Origin: Pocillopora damicornis
Lineage: Eukaryota
NCBI RefSeq assembly: GCF_003704095.1
Contig: NW_020846334.1
Span: 62,001 to 125,724, forward strand
Direction: 5' to 3'
DNA length: 63,724 nt
Positions 1 to 12,374 of the stretch are shown in pieces. The notes beneath the pieces were generated by a model that was not told the origin of the DNA, did no database searches, and saw nothing but the letters and a program-made list of their open reading frames with translations. Numbering within the stretch: position 1 is the stretch's first letter; the number at the start of each line of letters is the position of its first letter. A program made the translations under genes and the position numbers.

Positions 1-327
1 CATGTCATGACAGCAAAAAACTTCTTTTTCCTCGAGAAAGAGGAATTGGATGAGAAACTGGAATATCTATTGTCAGTTGGAGTGAAAGTTGAAGATGTCA
101 TTAAACATCCATCATGTCTTTTGAAACCCATCGCTCATCTTAAAGAGAGAGTTGAGTTTGTAAAAGCAGAAAAACCAGAAGTTTTAAGCAACAGAAGCCT
201 TGATGATGTTATGTTATCAAAGAATGAGCTCTTTGCTAATGAGGTGTGTGGATCAACACTGGAAAACTACACAGAATTTGTTCAATCACTGAACAAGGAG
301 TTTGTTAAGGCTGGCAAAAAGAAGTGA
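1..327 (+). CDS. C-terminal part of an mTERF-family (MTERF3/4-like) mitochondrial protein; 5' end lies outside the window
   Basis: The frame is open from the window edge to TGA at 325-327. The pattern 'LDEKLEYLLSVGV..EDVIKHPSCLL..IAHLKERVEF' and the end 'ELFANEVCGSTLENYTEF' resemble mTERF repeats and C-termini. AATAAA at about 672. Confidence 0.65.
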   Translation, partial: HVMTAKNFFFLEKEELDEKLEYLLSVGVKVEDVIKHPSCLLKPIAHLKERVEFVKAEKPEVLSNRSLDDVMLSKNELFANEVCGSTLENYTEFVQSLNKEFVKAGKKK

Positions 328-1498
328 TTAGTTGAATGATTGCACCCAATACTTCCTGTCTCTAAATAATTTGCACTTCTTGTTCTTGTAAATGACTTCT
401 TAAAATTGAGAGATAAAACATTTGATAGAATGTTGCCCTTCTAATTCAACAGTTTCTAACCTGAGAGGAAACTAAGAACATTGAGATATGAAGTTTGAAT
501 AAGGCAAACTGTGGCATTGAAATGAAGAAATTGTCCAAGGTTGTATGAAGTGAGATCCATACACAATTTTTTTGGTAATTTTACTAGAATCCTGGAATTA
601 AAATGTCAAGTTTGATGATAACTGTATCCAATGACCGCTGACATGTCATACATTGTGAACCTTAAAAAGGCAATAAAATGTTAAATTGAATCTTCAACTT
701 ACCAAATGGTCACCTCAATGATATTCAACTTTTTGTCCTTAAGAGTAACTAGTGTCTAATTTCTCCTTACATAATCAACCCTGAATCAAAGATTAAGGAA
801 ATGATCAATCTAATGCAGCTCGATTGTTAAACAAATTCTCGCCATTTATTGAGATGTATAGATAACACTTTTTCTATAAGTTTTTGCCATTTCTTATATG
901 TCAGACCCCTGATGCAGCTCAATCAGCCTTTTTAAGGGAACTTCCATCAGTGACCAAGAAAGAACTTCTCCTTACAATATCAAGCAGACAAGTGATGAGA
1001 ATAAAGAAAAATTTCAGTTAGGGGATTACAAGTTGATCCATCACCAAATTCTCCAAATTAACATCACAAGAATTGTATAGTAGACAGTAAGGAGAATTGC
1101 TGATGAGATCTGGGCATTAAAGGGTAAAGATTGAGACAGAGGAAAAAATCTCTCGCAGAGGGACAAAATTAGATTGTTGTTTTACCTTACTACTTTGCTT
1201 GCATCATTACCCTCCCTCTCTCCATGCCAAATTTTGGGTATGTATTTATTCTTTGCACCAGTTTGTTGTTAAAGTGTTGACAATAATCAGAGGTGGGCTG
1301 TAACAGAGTTATGCTGGTGACCTCCATTGCTGCCATCCCAAGCCTCTTTGCTTTGAACACAACTGATGAAGTTTTTTTTATACTTTCGATTGAAAACCAC
1401 TATCACAGATAAATTGGGGTTAAATCAACTCACAAATGGTACTCAAAGAGAAAGCAACAGCACTTGAATGTGGATTTAAAAGTTTATTTCAGATTTTT

Positions 1499-4436
1499 TC
1501 ATACAACAAACTCGTATGGGATTGGCTCCAAGGTTTCTGGTGTGTTTCTCTTGGTTCGCACAAAGTGTGCAGTTCGGGGTACAGCTGGCTGTAACAGATA
1601 GAAAACAAAATATTATGATCATTGTTGATAAAGAGGAAAAATTCCTTCCATACCTGTTAGAGTTCAGAGTCACATCGCATCTAAATTCCATGCTCTCTTG
1701 AGAAATGATGGGAGATGCTGTGGCCTAATGGTTGTGCTGGGTTTTGGGTGCAAGGGAAGGGGTTCAAGATCTGGCTGACTCAGTGTGTTGTGTTCTTGGA
1801 CAAAACTCTACACTTTCACAGTTCCATTCTCCATTCAGGAGCGTAAATGGGTACCAACAAATTGCCAGGGAAGCCTGATGAAATACTGGGGGATAACCTT
1901 GCCATCAACTGGCCTCCCATCCATGGGGGAATGGTAATATTTCCATTCACTTCATAATAAAATCCAGGATGAGCTTCAGCTGGATGGGCCTCTTGATTCA
2001 AGTACAGACTTTAAATAACCCTTCACCTCTACAGATATGTACACATAATTTGTAATCTAGTATACATCACTACCCCAAAGCTGGAAACAACTTTATAAAT
2101 TACCTTTCTTTTGCAATCAACCTTTCCTCCCCCACTTTCTTTGGCCTCCTTCTTCTTCTGTTCATTTTCCTTCACACGCCTGAAGAACACAACAACCACT
2201 GTTAAAATAGCTATAAAAAATAAGGCAAATTCTTATGTTTGCCTTGTATTTCTTCTTCGCACCTGTAAATTAATATCAAAATGTGATTCAATAAGCCAGT
2301 AGGGTGTTCAGTATTCTATTACAATCTCTAGAATATTGATTATTGCAATATATATATGTGCAGTACAGAAATTTTATTGTTACCTCAAGAAGTCATCTCG
2401 ACATTTGGAGTGCTTGATGTGTTCAACACGAATGTTGATTCTCTTTGGCAAGATTTTTCCTCTGATAGAAGAGAGAAACAATACACATAAACAACAATAT
2501 TATCAAGTTTTAGTTAAGCTCTGATCTCTCTTAAATGCTTGCACAACACTTTGCCCAAAACTGTGATCTGAGAAGAGGATTGTTACACAAAAGCAAACTG
2601 AAAGGCTTGAAAAACTAATTTTCAAGTTATTTACCTATATATCAGAACTTAACATTTTTATTAGTACAAACTATTGCAGATAATAATCATAAAGGTTCGA
2701 AATGTTTAAAGAGCAAGTGATGCTGTACTTTAAATAACAAATAAAACTGCCAGCCAAGCACAAGTACTGCTAGCACAAGGACTGCAAGTGAACCAAAAAA
2801 AACTAAGGCTTCAATGAATGATAAAATTATTATTTTTTTTAAGGAAAAGACAACATCTTGCAGCCTTCTGTCTGAAAACAAAAATGAATAAGGCTGTGTA
2901 TCATTTCTGAAAGAACTCTAGGAAACTCACTTGGCTTCAGTGTTAAAGTTCACTTACTTCACTTGCTTGTTGACAACTACTCCAACAGCACGCTTTGTGA
3001 CATTAAAAATACGCCCTGTTTTTCCATGATAGACCTTGTATGGCATGCCTTTATGAACAGCACCATTAACCTTGAATAGAAATATAAATAGCAGGCTTAA
3101 TAACCCTCAACACTCCTACATCAGTATGCATGTTCTCCACACTGCTCTCTTAACATTTCCTAAGGTGCTGATGAGGAGGATTTGTTTAATAACCAAGAGC
3201 TTCCTCAGTTGGTGATTATTTCTTTTATTACTGTGACCAAAAGTTTTGAATAAAGGGTGACTTATTACAAGAAATTAGATTCTAGTCACTAATAAGGGTC
3301 AATGCTTTAACCCTTTAACTCCCAATATCCAATTGTAAATTCTCCCCTCCAGCTGTTACACATTTCCTTGTAAATAACTTATGAGAATTTGGTGTTAGAT
3401 CCAGATAACAACTTCTACCTGATACATTTGAGTAGTCTTATTACCTGTTTGCTGGAAAGTGCACAAGTATTGTAGGGAGAAGTTACTTGTTAATCACTTC
3501 TGGGAGTTAAAGGGTTAATGAGTTGGAAATCCCAAAAACCATTCAAGAAGATAAGAATACAAAAGACACCTTGCCATACACAAAGTGCACCTTGCATTAA
3601 TTTTTGTTATATCATACCTTGATGTCTACAATGTCACCAACTTTGTAGCTTTTTAAATAGGTGGAGAGATGAATGACACCTGAAAAAAGAAAACATTGAA
3701 CTTAAAAATTGTTCTTCAATGATTCATTTATATGTTGCCTGATTCCAAAATTTTACCTTCCCATGTGAGAGTAAACTTCAACGATTGCCTATCATTAACA
3801 AATGTTCCCTCACCCTTGGCATAATAAAAAATACTGATGAAGCATCAGTGGCTGACTGCAAATAATTTCTGCAAATGAGATACTCCCAACGGTGTATGTA
3901 TAAGAATTTATTAATTTTCAACAGACTTTATAGGATATGGTTACCCTATTGCTTTAAGTCTACAACACAGAATTGTAAAATAACTCTCGAAAACAAAAGT
4001 TGGAAGTCATCGGCTAAAAAATATAGGAAAGGCAAATCTGTAAGTCGACTTCCGAGTCGCCTTTCTATCGACTCATACAACTAGAATCCAATTCTGTTAA
4101 TGTCCATTTGAACATTCAAATCAGGTACTTTTACTCATATGAACGCACGCTAATTAACAAACTGGACTGAAACTTCAAAGGAAACATACGTAACTTTATC
4201 TAAATATGAATTCTTCAGAGAATATCGAATTCGTCAAATGTATGGAGTCGCGAGGCTTGGAACATGACTCAAATGTGTCCTCAAGGCAGTAAGTTGGTAA
4301 AACAATCCGATAAAAAACGAGAAATTCCTAATAATACAATCAAAAGTGCTTTCTTCTTAAAAAACTTACCACGTTTCCTAAAATCCCGCGAGAACATGTA
4401 GCGCGTACCGCGCCTAATTCCAGTTGTATTTACCAT
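1499..4436 (-). CDS. RPL21: 60S ribosomal protein L21 (eL21), 6 coding exons
   Basis: Exons 4436-4370, 3679-3618, 3070-2958, 2461-2384, 2179-2104 and 1588-1499, all GT-AG. They splice in frame to [67 protein letters not shown]...[19 protein letters not shown]...[13 protein letters not shown]. Poly(A) signal at about 1483-1488 (-). Confidence 0.97.
1710..2020 (+). mobile_element. Decayed tRNA-derived SINE in the last RPL21 intron
   Basis: A-box-like TGGCCTAATGGT and B-box-like GGTTCAAG, followed by a SINE-body-like TTCTTGGACAA...CTCCATTCAGGAGCGTAAATGGGTACC. A related fragment lies at about 38214-38283 (-). Confidence 0.55.
3307..3518. mobile_element. TTAA-flanked ~205-bp MITE (piggyBac-like termini), representative copy
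   Basis: TTAA|CCCTTTAACTCCC...GGGAGTTAAAGGG|TTAA. Related copies at about 3100-3303, 12950-13156, 15590-15790, 16121-16306, 17519-18075, 18247-18456, 19967-20176, 20527-20936, 29860-30131, 33558-33773, 36662-36873, 44361-44765, 48843-49057, 53619-53793, 56470-56657, 60859-61066 and 61400-61833. Confidence 0.85.
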
Positions 4437-4531
4437 TTTCACGGTCCTCTGTAATTTAAAGTTACCGTTAGTTAATATCAGTTGAAACAGAATAGTGGAA
4501 ACGTTCAAAATCAACACATTATTGCACTGAC

Positions 4532-4592
4532 CTTCCAACCACGTGAACAAAGATGGTGGAATCCGAGCAAGAGGACGAAAAGGGAAGAAAAA
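4532..4592 (-). promoter_or_regulatory. Probable non-coding first exon of RPL21 with a 5'TOP/TCT-like pyrimidine tract
   Basis: Minus strand reads TTTTTCTTCCCTTTTCGTCCTCTT...CCATCTTTG...GGAAG|GTCAGT (donor at 4531). An acceptor ttacag| sits 12 nt before the ATG (exon starts 4448). Confidence 0.6.
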
Positions 4593-5591
4593 TCCCATAA
4601 TGCAGCCCTCGCGCTGCTCTCATCACCAGTCTCTCAGAAGTTGTGTACGATTCGAAGACCCTTTAGGAACCTGCTCTAGGAACTAAAGTTACTCGCATTT
4701 TAATTGGTCCTTAGTATGATCAGTCAGACATGCAACATTGCCCTAACCCTAACCGCTGGAATATTAGGGGGCTCATATGGTTTGAAGCAATGTTACGAAG
4801 TGCTTTCCTACAAAAATGATGTCCCCATTTAAGACCTTTTGGTTTTTATAATCTAAAACGAATAGATTCCATGTTGCCGTGGATCTGTTTAGATATGGAT
4901 CACAGGAGACGTCAAAATTTGGTGTTAATAATGGCGGAGTGACTGCTTAATACGGAGGTCAAACACGATAAAAATCGCGATTTTATGCCGCAATTGATCA
5001 CTTGATATACACTTTATTCAAAACCTTGATTAAAAAAATACAATAACTCTTCGTAATAAATAGCAGCAACAAAATGAGGTCGTTTCGTCAAAACAGGAAA
5101 ATAAAGCGGAATTACTGTACGTATTGTATGGTTATCTGACGTTGGGAACTTCAGGTCATAAATTTGCAAATGACTTGCGTGATGTTCGTGCGTAATATTT
5201 TTTCTTACAGTCCAGAGAAGATATGTAATTGGAAATTAGCGTTTGTCTTTTTTTCGGTTTCCGTAGTTGGCTTTCATATATCAAGCGTTCGACTTTGCTT
5301 ATCGCTAAGGAAAGTTCCTGGTGGCCGTTAAACAGAACAATTCCACATGCAAAGCGTTGAGGACATTTGAACTAAAGTACTAATATTGATTACGGGGAAA
5401 TAAACATGGAAAAAATTTTTATTTGAGGGATCATTCTTGGTTTTATTTTTGTGGTTCCGCTTTAAGTGCGTGCTCACTGTAAGTGGTGACGAAACAAACA
5501 GATCGTTAGGACTCAGTCAAGTATTACAACGACCACTTGTTAGAGGAGTTGATAGAGGTAAAAAAGCTTCGGTACTTTGAGAAACAACCGT

Positions 5592-8500
5592 TCAGTACAG
5601 GATGACCGCCTTATACGAAGCCCCTGATAGAGGTTCAACTGTACAAGCCATATGAATATTACGCAGAGGTATGAAAGGATGAGTTTAACAGCAGCTGAAG
5701 GTAAAGTCACACACATGAACAATTCTAGGTTATCAGTTTTATTCAGCATCCTCAAAAGGAGAAAAAAGAAAAGAAGCATACATCGCCGGCTGAAATCATA
5801 AACAAGTCTACCGATTACCCATGGAACAGCGCAAGGAGTTAAAAACAGAAAACTAAATACGCTACAAATTGAGGGGAAAAAATGAACAGTCCCATATCCA
5901 TTATTCAAAATCTAATACGGAAATCTTGTCTCAAGAATTAATGTGAAAGAAAATAAATTTCTGTAATCTCCAGTTCCCGAGGAGCTCCTGTTACGCTTTA
6001 AAGACAAACGCAAAAAAGTGTTTAGCGTAAATCACCCTTGGCATACGCATCAAGATGCTGGAGAGATGCAGCAAGAACTTGGTAGAATTCTCCATCTTTG
6101 GGATCTAACTTCACCAAGCGTGTTGCTCCTAAAGCAGATCAAGAGAGAAAAGAAATTAAATTCATGAAGGAAAAAGACGGGTTTTCCAATATTCAGACCT
6201 TACAGTGACAATGAGCATTTTCTATTCCTACGCGCCAGGAAAACCGCTTCTCGGAGCCGATAATGCTCGCGAACAAATATCCGAGCACACTTTCGCACCA
6301 AATGGAGGCTATCGTTTATTAATTTTCGCGCGAAATGGAGATTGTGTCATAAAATAATACAACTTACCACTGTGGAGGTCCTCCCCCTCTCTCATTTTGC
6401 GCAAGGAGGCTTTCTTATCAGGGTTGGCTTCAAACTCTTTATCTTGTAGATCTCCTTTGTGTTGGGCTTGGGCAAAGGCGAACATGAGTTCGTTTACTGT
6501 ACGTTCGTCTAAACTATACGGGATACAATAATTAAAAAAAAACTTAAGTAATTGTTCTTTGCTAAATAAACTTTCCCAAAATTGAGGAAAGGGCCTCAGG
6601 CATAATCTTTCCCACGCTCACAAGGGGAACGGGTGAAACAGTGGAGCGAACGAAGAATCAGTGACGCGGAGGAGAAGTCACTGTTTTCAAGGCCACCAAT
6701 TTTATCTGGCTTGTTCTCTATGTCGTCTCAACTACCAAGGAGTGCGGCACANNNNNNNNNNNNNNNNNNNNNNNNNNNNNNNNNNNNNNNNNNNNNNNNN
6801 NNNNNNNNNNNNNNNNNNNNNNNNNNNNNNNNNNNNNNNNNNNNNNNNNNNCGCCTAAGCGAGGTTTTCTGACTAACTCACATCACGTTTGGGTTTCTTG
6901 GTTCCCTTTGGGATGATGTGAGTCATCAATCCTGAAAACCCAGCAGACATATTGTGCCCTTCGTGTTTCTCCAGTTCCTCAATCATACCCATGGTGTTTT
7001 CATAACCGTCATACAACATCTGTGCGCTTGCTGAGGATCAAGGGAAAAATTTAGCTGTTGAATACTGCTGTCATGAAAATTGTCTTAAGAATAATTAAAG
7101 CAGGAGCAACCACTTCAGAGGTATTTCAGGAATGATAGACTTCTGTATTGGTGTATCTCGTGACACAGGGCATTTCAAGGGACATTGAGTGAGCTCAAAC
7201 AAGTTAACTAGGCCTAATAAGTAGCTTTACATGGCTGAGGGTCTCTCAAAGCACCTTATTCCAATGTGCCCTAAAACATTTTGCTTCATCTCTTTCTGAA
7301 ATTCAGTCTCGTTGGATTTCGTACTCCTTTTTCTTATTTTCGAACTACTGTCATTTTTGATACTTATAAGGTCTTGGTGCGTTTTCTGTGAATGCGACGT
7401 ATATCCTGTGTTCATCATTTACTTTCTAGTTACAAGTACATTTCAGCCATACCTTTGAGTTATAAAAGACAGTAAGTACCGTTTTCCGTTCCTCATAATG
7501 CTGCTTTGAACTTAATCAAAAGCTTCACAAAAATCCTGCAAATTTTAACTTTGACTGCTTTGACGTGTAACAAATACGTGGAATTAGGCAGTATGAAAAA
7601 GGTGGTCTTTAGTGCCAGCAAACTCCTGAAAATAAAATCGATCGAGTTTCGTTAGGTTACCTTGCAACGTGCGTTGCTTCTGAATCTGCTCCTGGGCCTG
7701 AGTCTGCATTTCTTGATCATAGATTGTCCTTGCGTCACTTTCTTCATGATAATGTCCTGCAGGATACCCTCCGTGATCATGTCCTGGAAGGTACCCTCCG
7801 GGTCGAGGCCTCCCTGGATTACCTTCGCGGTGATATCCCCCAGGATGACCTCCGTATCCATGACCGACGGGATCAACTCCATGGTGATGATCCCTACGTT
7901 GATGTCCCGCGTGAGTACCCCCGTGGGGGCGATCCTCTCTATGACCTCCGTGTCGATTTCCTTCGGTTTTACCTACCCAGTTACGTCCCTCCGGATAACC
8001 ATCCTGGTGGTGTCGTGCGGGATTACTTCCATAATTGGGGTTGTGCGGAGGCACGTTCCCTGGGTTTCTGCCATCTAAATGAAAAAAATTAATGGCAATA
8101 AAATAACACCTTGGAAATAATTAGCAGAAATAAAATTCCAACAGGTTTTACGTCGCACCAACGTATCCTGGGGAAATATATCTCAAATGGGAATCAGACG
8201 TTTAAAACTCGCATTCAAAAATGAGTCGAGGAAGCGTCAGCAGATCGAGAGCAATTCGTTGAGGTTCATAAGCAACAGGATCCGAGGACAGAGCCTGGAA
8301 TCCGAGCAAAAATTTGCCAATGATCATCGATTCAATGAGATTTTAAATCCCAAAATGGTCTTGAATCTGCTTGTCATCTAATGTTAGAGAAGAATCAAAG
8401 GACTTTTCATGTTCCATATGTTAATTTTCTTAACTTGGATACAGGAGAATACAATTGCTTGGATGTTAATACAGATGACGTCACTAATATCTTTTTCACG

Positions 8501-8941
8501 ATCAACCAAATTCGAAGAATAGTTGAATTGTAAACGACGCATTTAGGACACGAAAGTGAACGAAATCAATCACATTTGCGACAATTTCTGCATCAGCTTG
8601 CTCTCCGTTTACACTTTTGGTATACACAAGCTTATCGAGACTAAGAAAAACGACTAGTCCCTCGTAATTGTTATATATGTAGGCTAGTCAGTAAACACCA
8701 TTCTTCTAAAAACACGCATCTCTTTGAGCCTTTACAACGGAAGACCTTGCGATTCAATTTCCCTAATGATGTTCCATCTCTCTAATCCTAAATTATTCTA
8801 TATTGTCATAACCTGGCACAGTACTGAGTTTCAAAACTGATGCGAGCGATGGAAACTATATGAAAAATTTCTATTTTCTCAGAACCTCATAGTTGATGAA
8901 CATCATGATTAAGAAATATCTGGATACTTACGATACGCCAT
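5592..8941 (-). CDS. Uncharacterised protein with a Gly/His/Pro/Tyr-rich N-terminal low-complexity region and a putative folded C-terminal domain (one exon probably hidden in the N-gap)
   Basis: Exons 8941-8932, 8074-7661, 7030-6882, [gap 6752-6851], 6508-6368, 6128-6036 and 5623-5592 with GT-AG boundaries. Protein: MAYHGRNPGNVPPHNPNY...GHDHGGYPAGHYHEES...QKQRTLQASAQMLYDGYENTMGMIEELEKH...KPKRD / ERTVNELMFAFAQAQHKG...GEDLHSGATRLVKLDPKDGEFYQVLAASLQHLDAYAKGASYKAVILY*. The phase mismatch across the gap implies a missing exon or an alternative site. Confidence 0.7.
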
Positions 8942-10216
8942 TATGTCCTGGCTCGCTTGAGTGTCGAGGCAGTGGATGCTTCTGCACGACTGAATCGGTT
9001 CGAACAATTCATGTATTTATTGAAGCAATTGTACCGAAGGGAAATTTCCCTTCTCCTCCTCCTGATTGACAATAAGTCGCTTTCTGTTACTTAATATGCA
9101 TGAAAACATTTCCCAGAATAGAGTGTAAAGAGAAATTAATTGTTTAAGACTAACTGACATCAGCAGTAAGGCTAATAGACAGCATCGTCAAGAAGAACTG
9201 AAGCCCGACTTTGCACAAGATCCTCGGCACTTTAAAGCGATACTAAGCAGTTCTACTTTTTTAAGTAGCTCGAATAGCCTTGACTTTGCAGAGCAGATGG
9301 CAAATCTTCTGCCCACTGTCCACAGGGTTTACCCACTACAATGGAAGGGTAAATTTCCCAGAAATTTCTGTCATCCGATCCATTTCTAAAAATATCAATA
9401 GCATCATCTTCCACTAGACAGCTCTAGGGAATTCGAATTCGAGATTAGGAGAATTTGCTTAAGCCCAACCTCGAATAGATTTACTACGGTCACTCAAAGA
9501 CAGGGAACAAATCTCGTGGACTTTTGATCCATTTTAACCACCTTCTGGCCGTGAATACAAAGAATTTCAACAGAAATTAGTGAATATGCAAACAAATTTT
9601 GTAAACCATTTGACCAATTATATTTCTCTAGGGATATTATTGCAAACGGGAAGAGTCCCGGACTTTGCATCTCAATAGATCACTTTAGGTAAAACCCCCT
9701 CAGATATATCTCCTTCCTATGGTAATTCCTAGAAATTCCAACTTACGAAACAAAAAGAGCCAAAAAAAAACAATTCTCAGAAAGATTATTGATGTTATCC
9801 CTAGATGCAAAAGCTCTTAGCAATTCGACTGACAGCGCTTCTGCAAAACCTTTCCTAGAATGAAGTCGTTGAGTATTGAGTAGCTATATAAAGTAATCTG
9901 CTCGGTTTGCGATTCGTCTTCGACACCTTTTTTAAACTCTCTAAATATACCACAACAGATTCCGAGAAATATCATAACCAATAAATAATTGTTCACCTGA
10001 CACGAAAAACTCCCCTCTTGTAATTTCGGTGAAAATCCCTCGAGGTGTTTGTCCCTAGCTAATGAAAATATTATGTGAGCAACTCGTTCGGTGATTGGAT
10101 GAAAATGACTTCTTAGAAAAGCTTCCGAAAGCAAACTGCACCAGTAAGCGCTGGACGCCAGTGGAAGGGGAAGGCAAACAACTGTGAAACAAGAAAAGCG
10201 AACGACCAAGTCCAAA

Positions 10217-10880
10217 ATGCCGACGTGGTTTACTCTAAGGATGCCCTGTCCTGTGCTTGGATGCAATAACTCGTAAGTAACAAACCTTGGTTCACATCTT
10301 TTCAGTCTTTCAGTCCTCGGAGTGATGTATAAAACTGCACCATGAGTCAATCACTTTAGGCTTAGTATTTAGTATTTCCTGCGTGTTCGATCATTGGACG
10401 TCGGTAATTGAACCAAAATAAAGTACTTTATGTCAAATGTGACCTCCTTCTATTTATTTTGTCAAATGTGACCTCCTTCTATTTATTTTGTGCCTTATCC
10501 GTCTGATAAAGTTCTGTGGCAAAACAATGTGGTTGTGATTTAAGTAACTTGACCGTGACACGTAATCTAAGAAACTCTCATTACTTAGGCGAAACGATAT
10601 GATTTTGAACTGGGTTTGTGCCCAGGACAAAACAACCATGTACATTAGCGAGGAAGGGAGACTCGCGTGTTGCAACAATCATAACGACAAAATCGCCAAC
10701 TGGAAGTTTGACTGTGGAGATCGCTCGCTTTTCGGACCTCATCGAAGCAATCACTTCGTTGCAGCTGATTACCAAGGATTTGCGCATGCAATGTCCATCG
10801 CAGTGGCGAATTCAACTGTGGCAGGGGCTGAGTGGGTCGTAAAACTCATGACGAATTTGAAGGAACAGTATGGGGCCTGA
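10217..10880 (+). CDS. Uncharacterised 115-aa Cys/His-rich protein (putative Zn-binding), 2 exons
   Basis: Exon 10217-10272 (AAAATG start, TC|gtaagt) plus exon 10589-10880 (ttacttag|G) total 348 nt in frame: MPTWFTLRMPCPVLGCNNSRNDMILNWVCAQDKTTMYISEEGRLACCNNHNDKIANWKFDCGDRSLFGPHRSNHFVAADYQGFAHAMSIAVANSTVAGAEWVVKLMTNLKEQYGA*. AATAAA at about 10943. Confidence 0.82.
10431..10492. repeat. Tandem duplication of ~30 bp in an intron
   Basis: TGTCAAATGTGACCTCCTTCTATTTATTT occurs twice in tandem. Confidence 0.9.
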
Positions 10881-12374
10881 TGATCAGTTGGATCCTTGTG
10901 GAGTTAAAAGCCAGATATTGTAATAGCATTATGATTCAGTAGAATAAATGTGTGCATGTGGGACTCGTTCGAAAATGTATGATGTTATTTTGAAGTGGGA
11001 GCCGGCATTATCAGTCAGTTTTTAGTCGACATAGAGTAGGACCCGAACAGGATGTCCGTTTTTTTTAGTACTTTTTGGTAATTTCCTTTCTTAGTATTAG
11101 ATTATAATTGTTGTAAAACTACAATTTTTGGATAATAAACGAGACAGCAGCAATGAATCTTCCTGAAATTTCTTTATTTAATCGGACCTTTTCGGCACAG
11201 TTGCCCATAGGAATTGGTCAATCAGAAGCCCTAACAAGGTTCTCTATCAATATTCATATTGGGTTCTCACAGAACCATGTAACCTTTAAGTGTTAAGAAG
11301 GTATCCACCAGGAGCTACGTTTTTGTCAAGCGTGAGGTTAACCAAACAGAATTCGCATCCTTATGAAGAGTTATTCATTTTCAATACCCATTAAATGCAA
11401 CATAATAAAGCAAAACTTTTCACTGACTGCCAAATAAAGTGCACAGCTGGTCTCAACCTCAGTCCCTCCTCAGATATATTAATCATCATGACTTGTCCAG
11501 CGGTTTCCGAGTGAGTCACAAGTAAGTATGTCATGTATGAGAAGTTGTTATGTCCCCAATACATTTAAAGGACGTCTGAGTTAGGTGACACAGGCTTCTG
11601 CTCTTGTAGGCTTTTCTCCAATTCTATATTCCGATCTACCAACAGCTTTAATGCAGGAAAGTACTGCTCGAACCTCTAATTGCAAATTTGGGAAAAAATG
11701 TGTCCTTGTGATCCGTCTTATGAGAGAATTTGGGCGCATCTGTGTTAGAAGCTTAATATGGTCGTATGGTCTTATCCTTAAAAGCCATAGTGGTCTCTTA
11801 GTTCTCTTTCTAATTTAAATGGGGTTTAGTGAAGAGAATTCAGGATTGGTAGATTTGGTCTAAAAAGCCCGCAGATCGCAGACTGATCGAACCGGCAAAG
11901 TTCGAACCAACCGTGGTATTACATTTGTGCTTGCTCAGGATTTCGGGAATCTGTTTAATAGCTATGCAATATTTTCCTCATTAAGCATCGCGTTTTTGTT
12001 TTTTTTTTCCTCTAGTCCAAGCAATCAGTAATTTCCGTAGGATGAGATATCTATCCCCCAATATACTTTCAGTTGCATCGATCTTTTATTAATAAAAGCT
12101 GACCGACAATGAGTACAATTTTTGTCCTGTGAAAGTGAAACGGGACAAGAGTGTTCCTCTTACTCAGAATTGACTCTTTCTGTGAAAGCCTAGGTTTTCG
12201 AATGTGTCCAAACACACAAGAGTGGCAAAACCCCATATTTAACAAAGGAAAGTAGATTTGCAAAATAGTAGTTGTAACAGAAACTGGGACCTTGAAAGGA
12301 CAAAAACTCGGTATTCCCATTTTTACAAAACTGTTTTTAGAATAGTTTGGTTTTATTTGATTTACCATGAGAAC

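Noticed and set aside
2840-2945. Possible H/ACA snoRNA in an RPL21 intron (two hairpins separated by AAATGA on the minus strand); vertebrate RPL21 hosts snoRNAs
   Set aside because: The hairpins are short, there is no ACA box at the expected position, and I cannot test a target. It needs an Infernal or snoReport scan.
4741-4754. CCCTAACCCTAACC telomere-like motif upstream of RPL21
   Set aside because: Only about 2 units, flanked by short inverted sequence. More likely a small-repeat remnant than a telomere or promoter element.
6882-7700. Faint resemblance of the unknown protein's helical region to a SNAP-25/29 SNARE motif
   Set aside because: The heptad pattern and length do not fit, and there is no second SNARE motif.
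7662-8092. Plus-strand ORFs (138 and 122 aa) overlapping the His/Gly-rich exon
   Set aside because: Antisense shadows of a GC-rich low-complexity exon, with no splice or start context.
9817-10350. 177-aa minus-strand ORF
   Set aside because: No recognisable composition or domain, and it overlaps the promoter and exon 1 of the Cys-rich gene. Probably a chance ORF.
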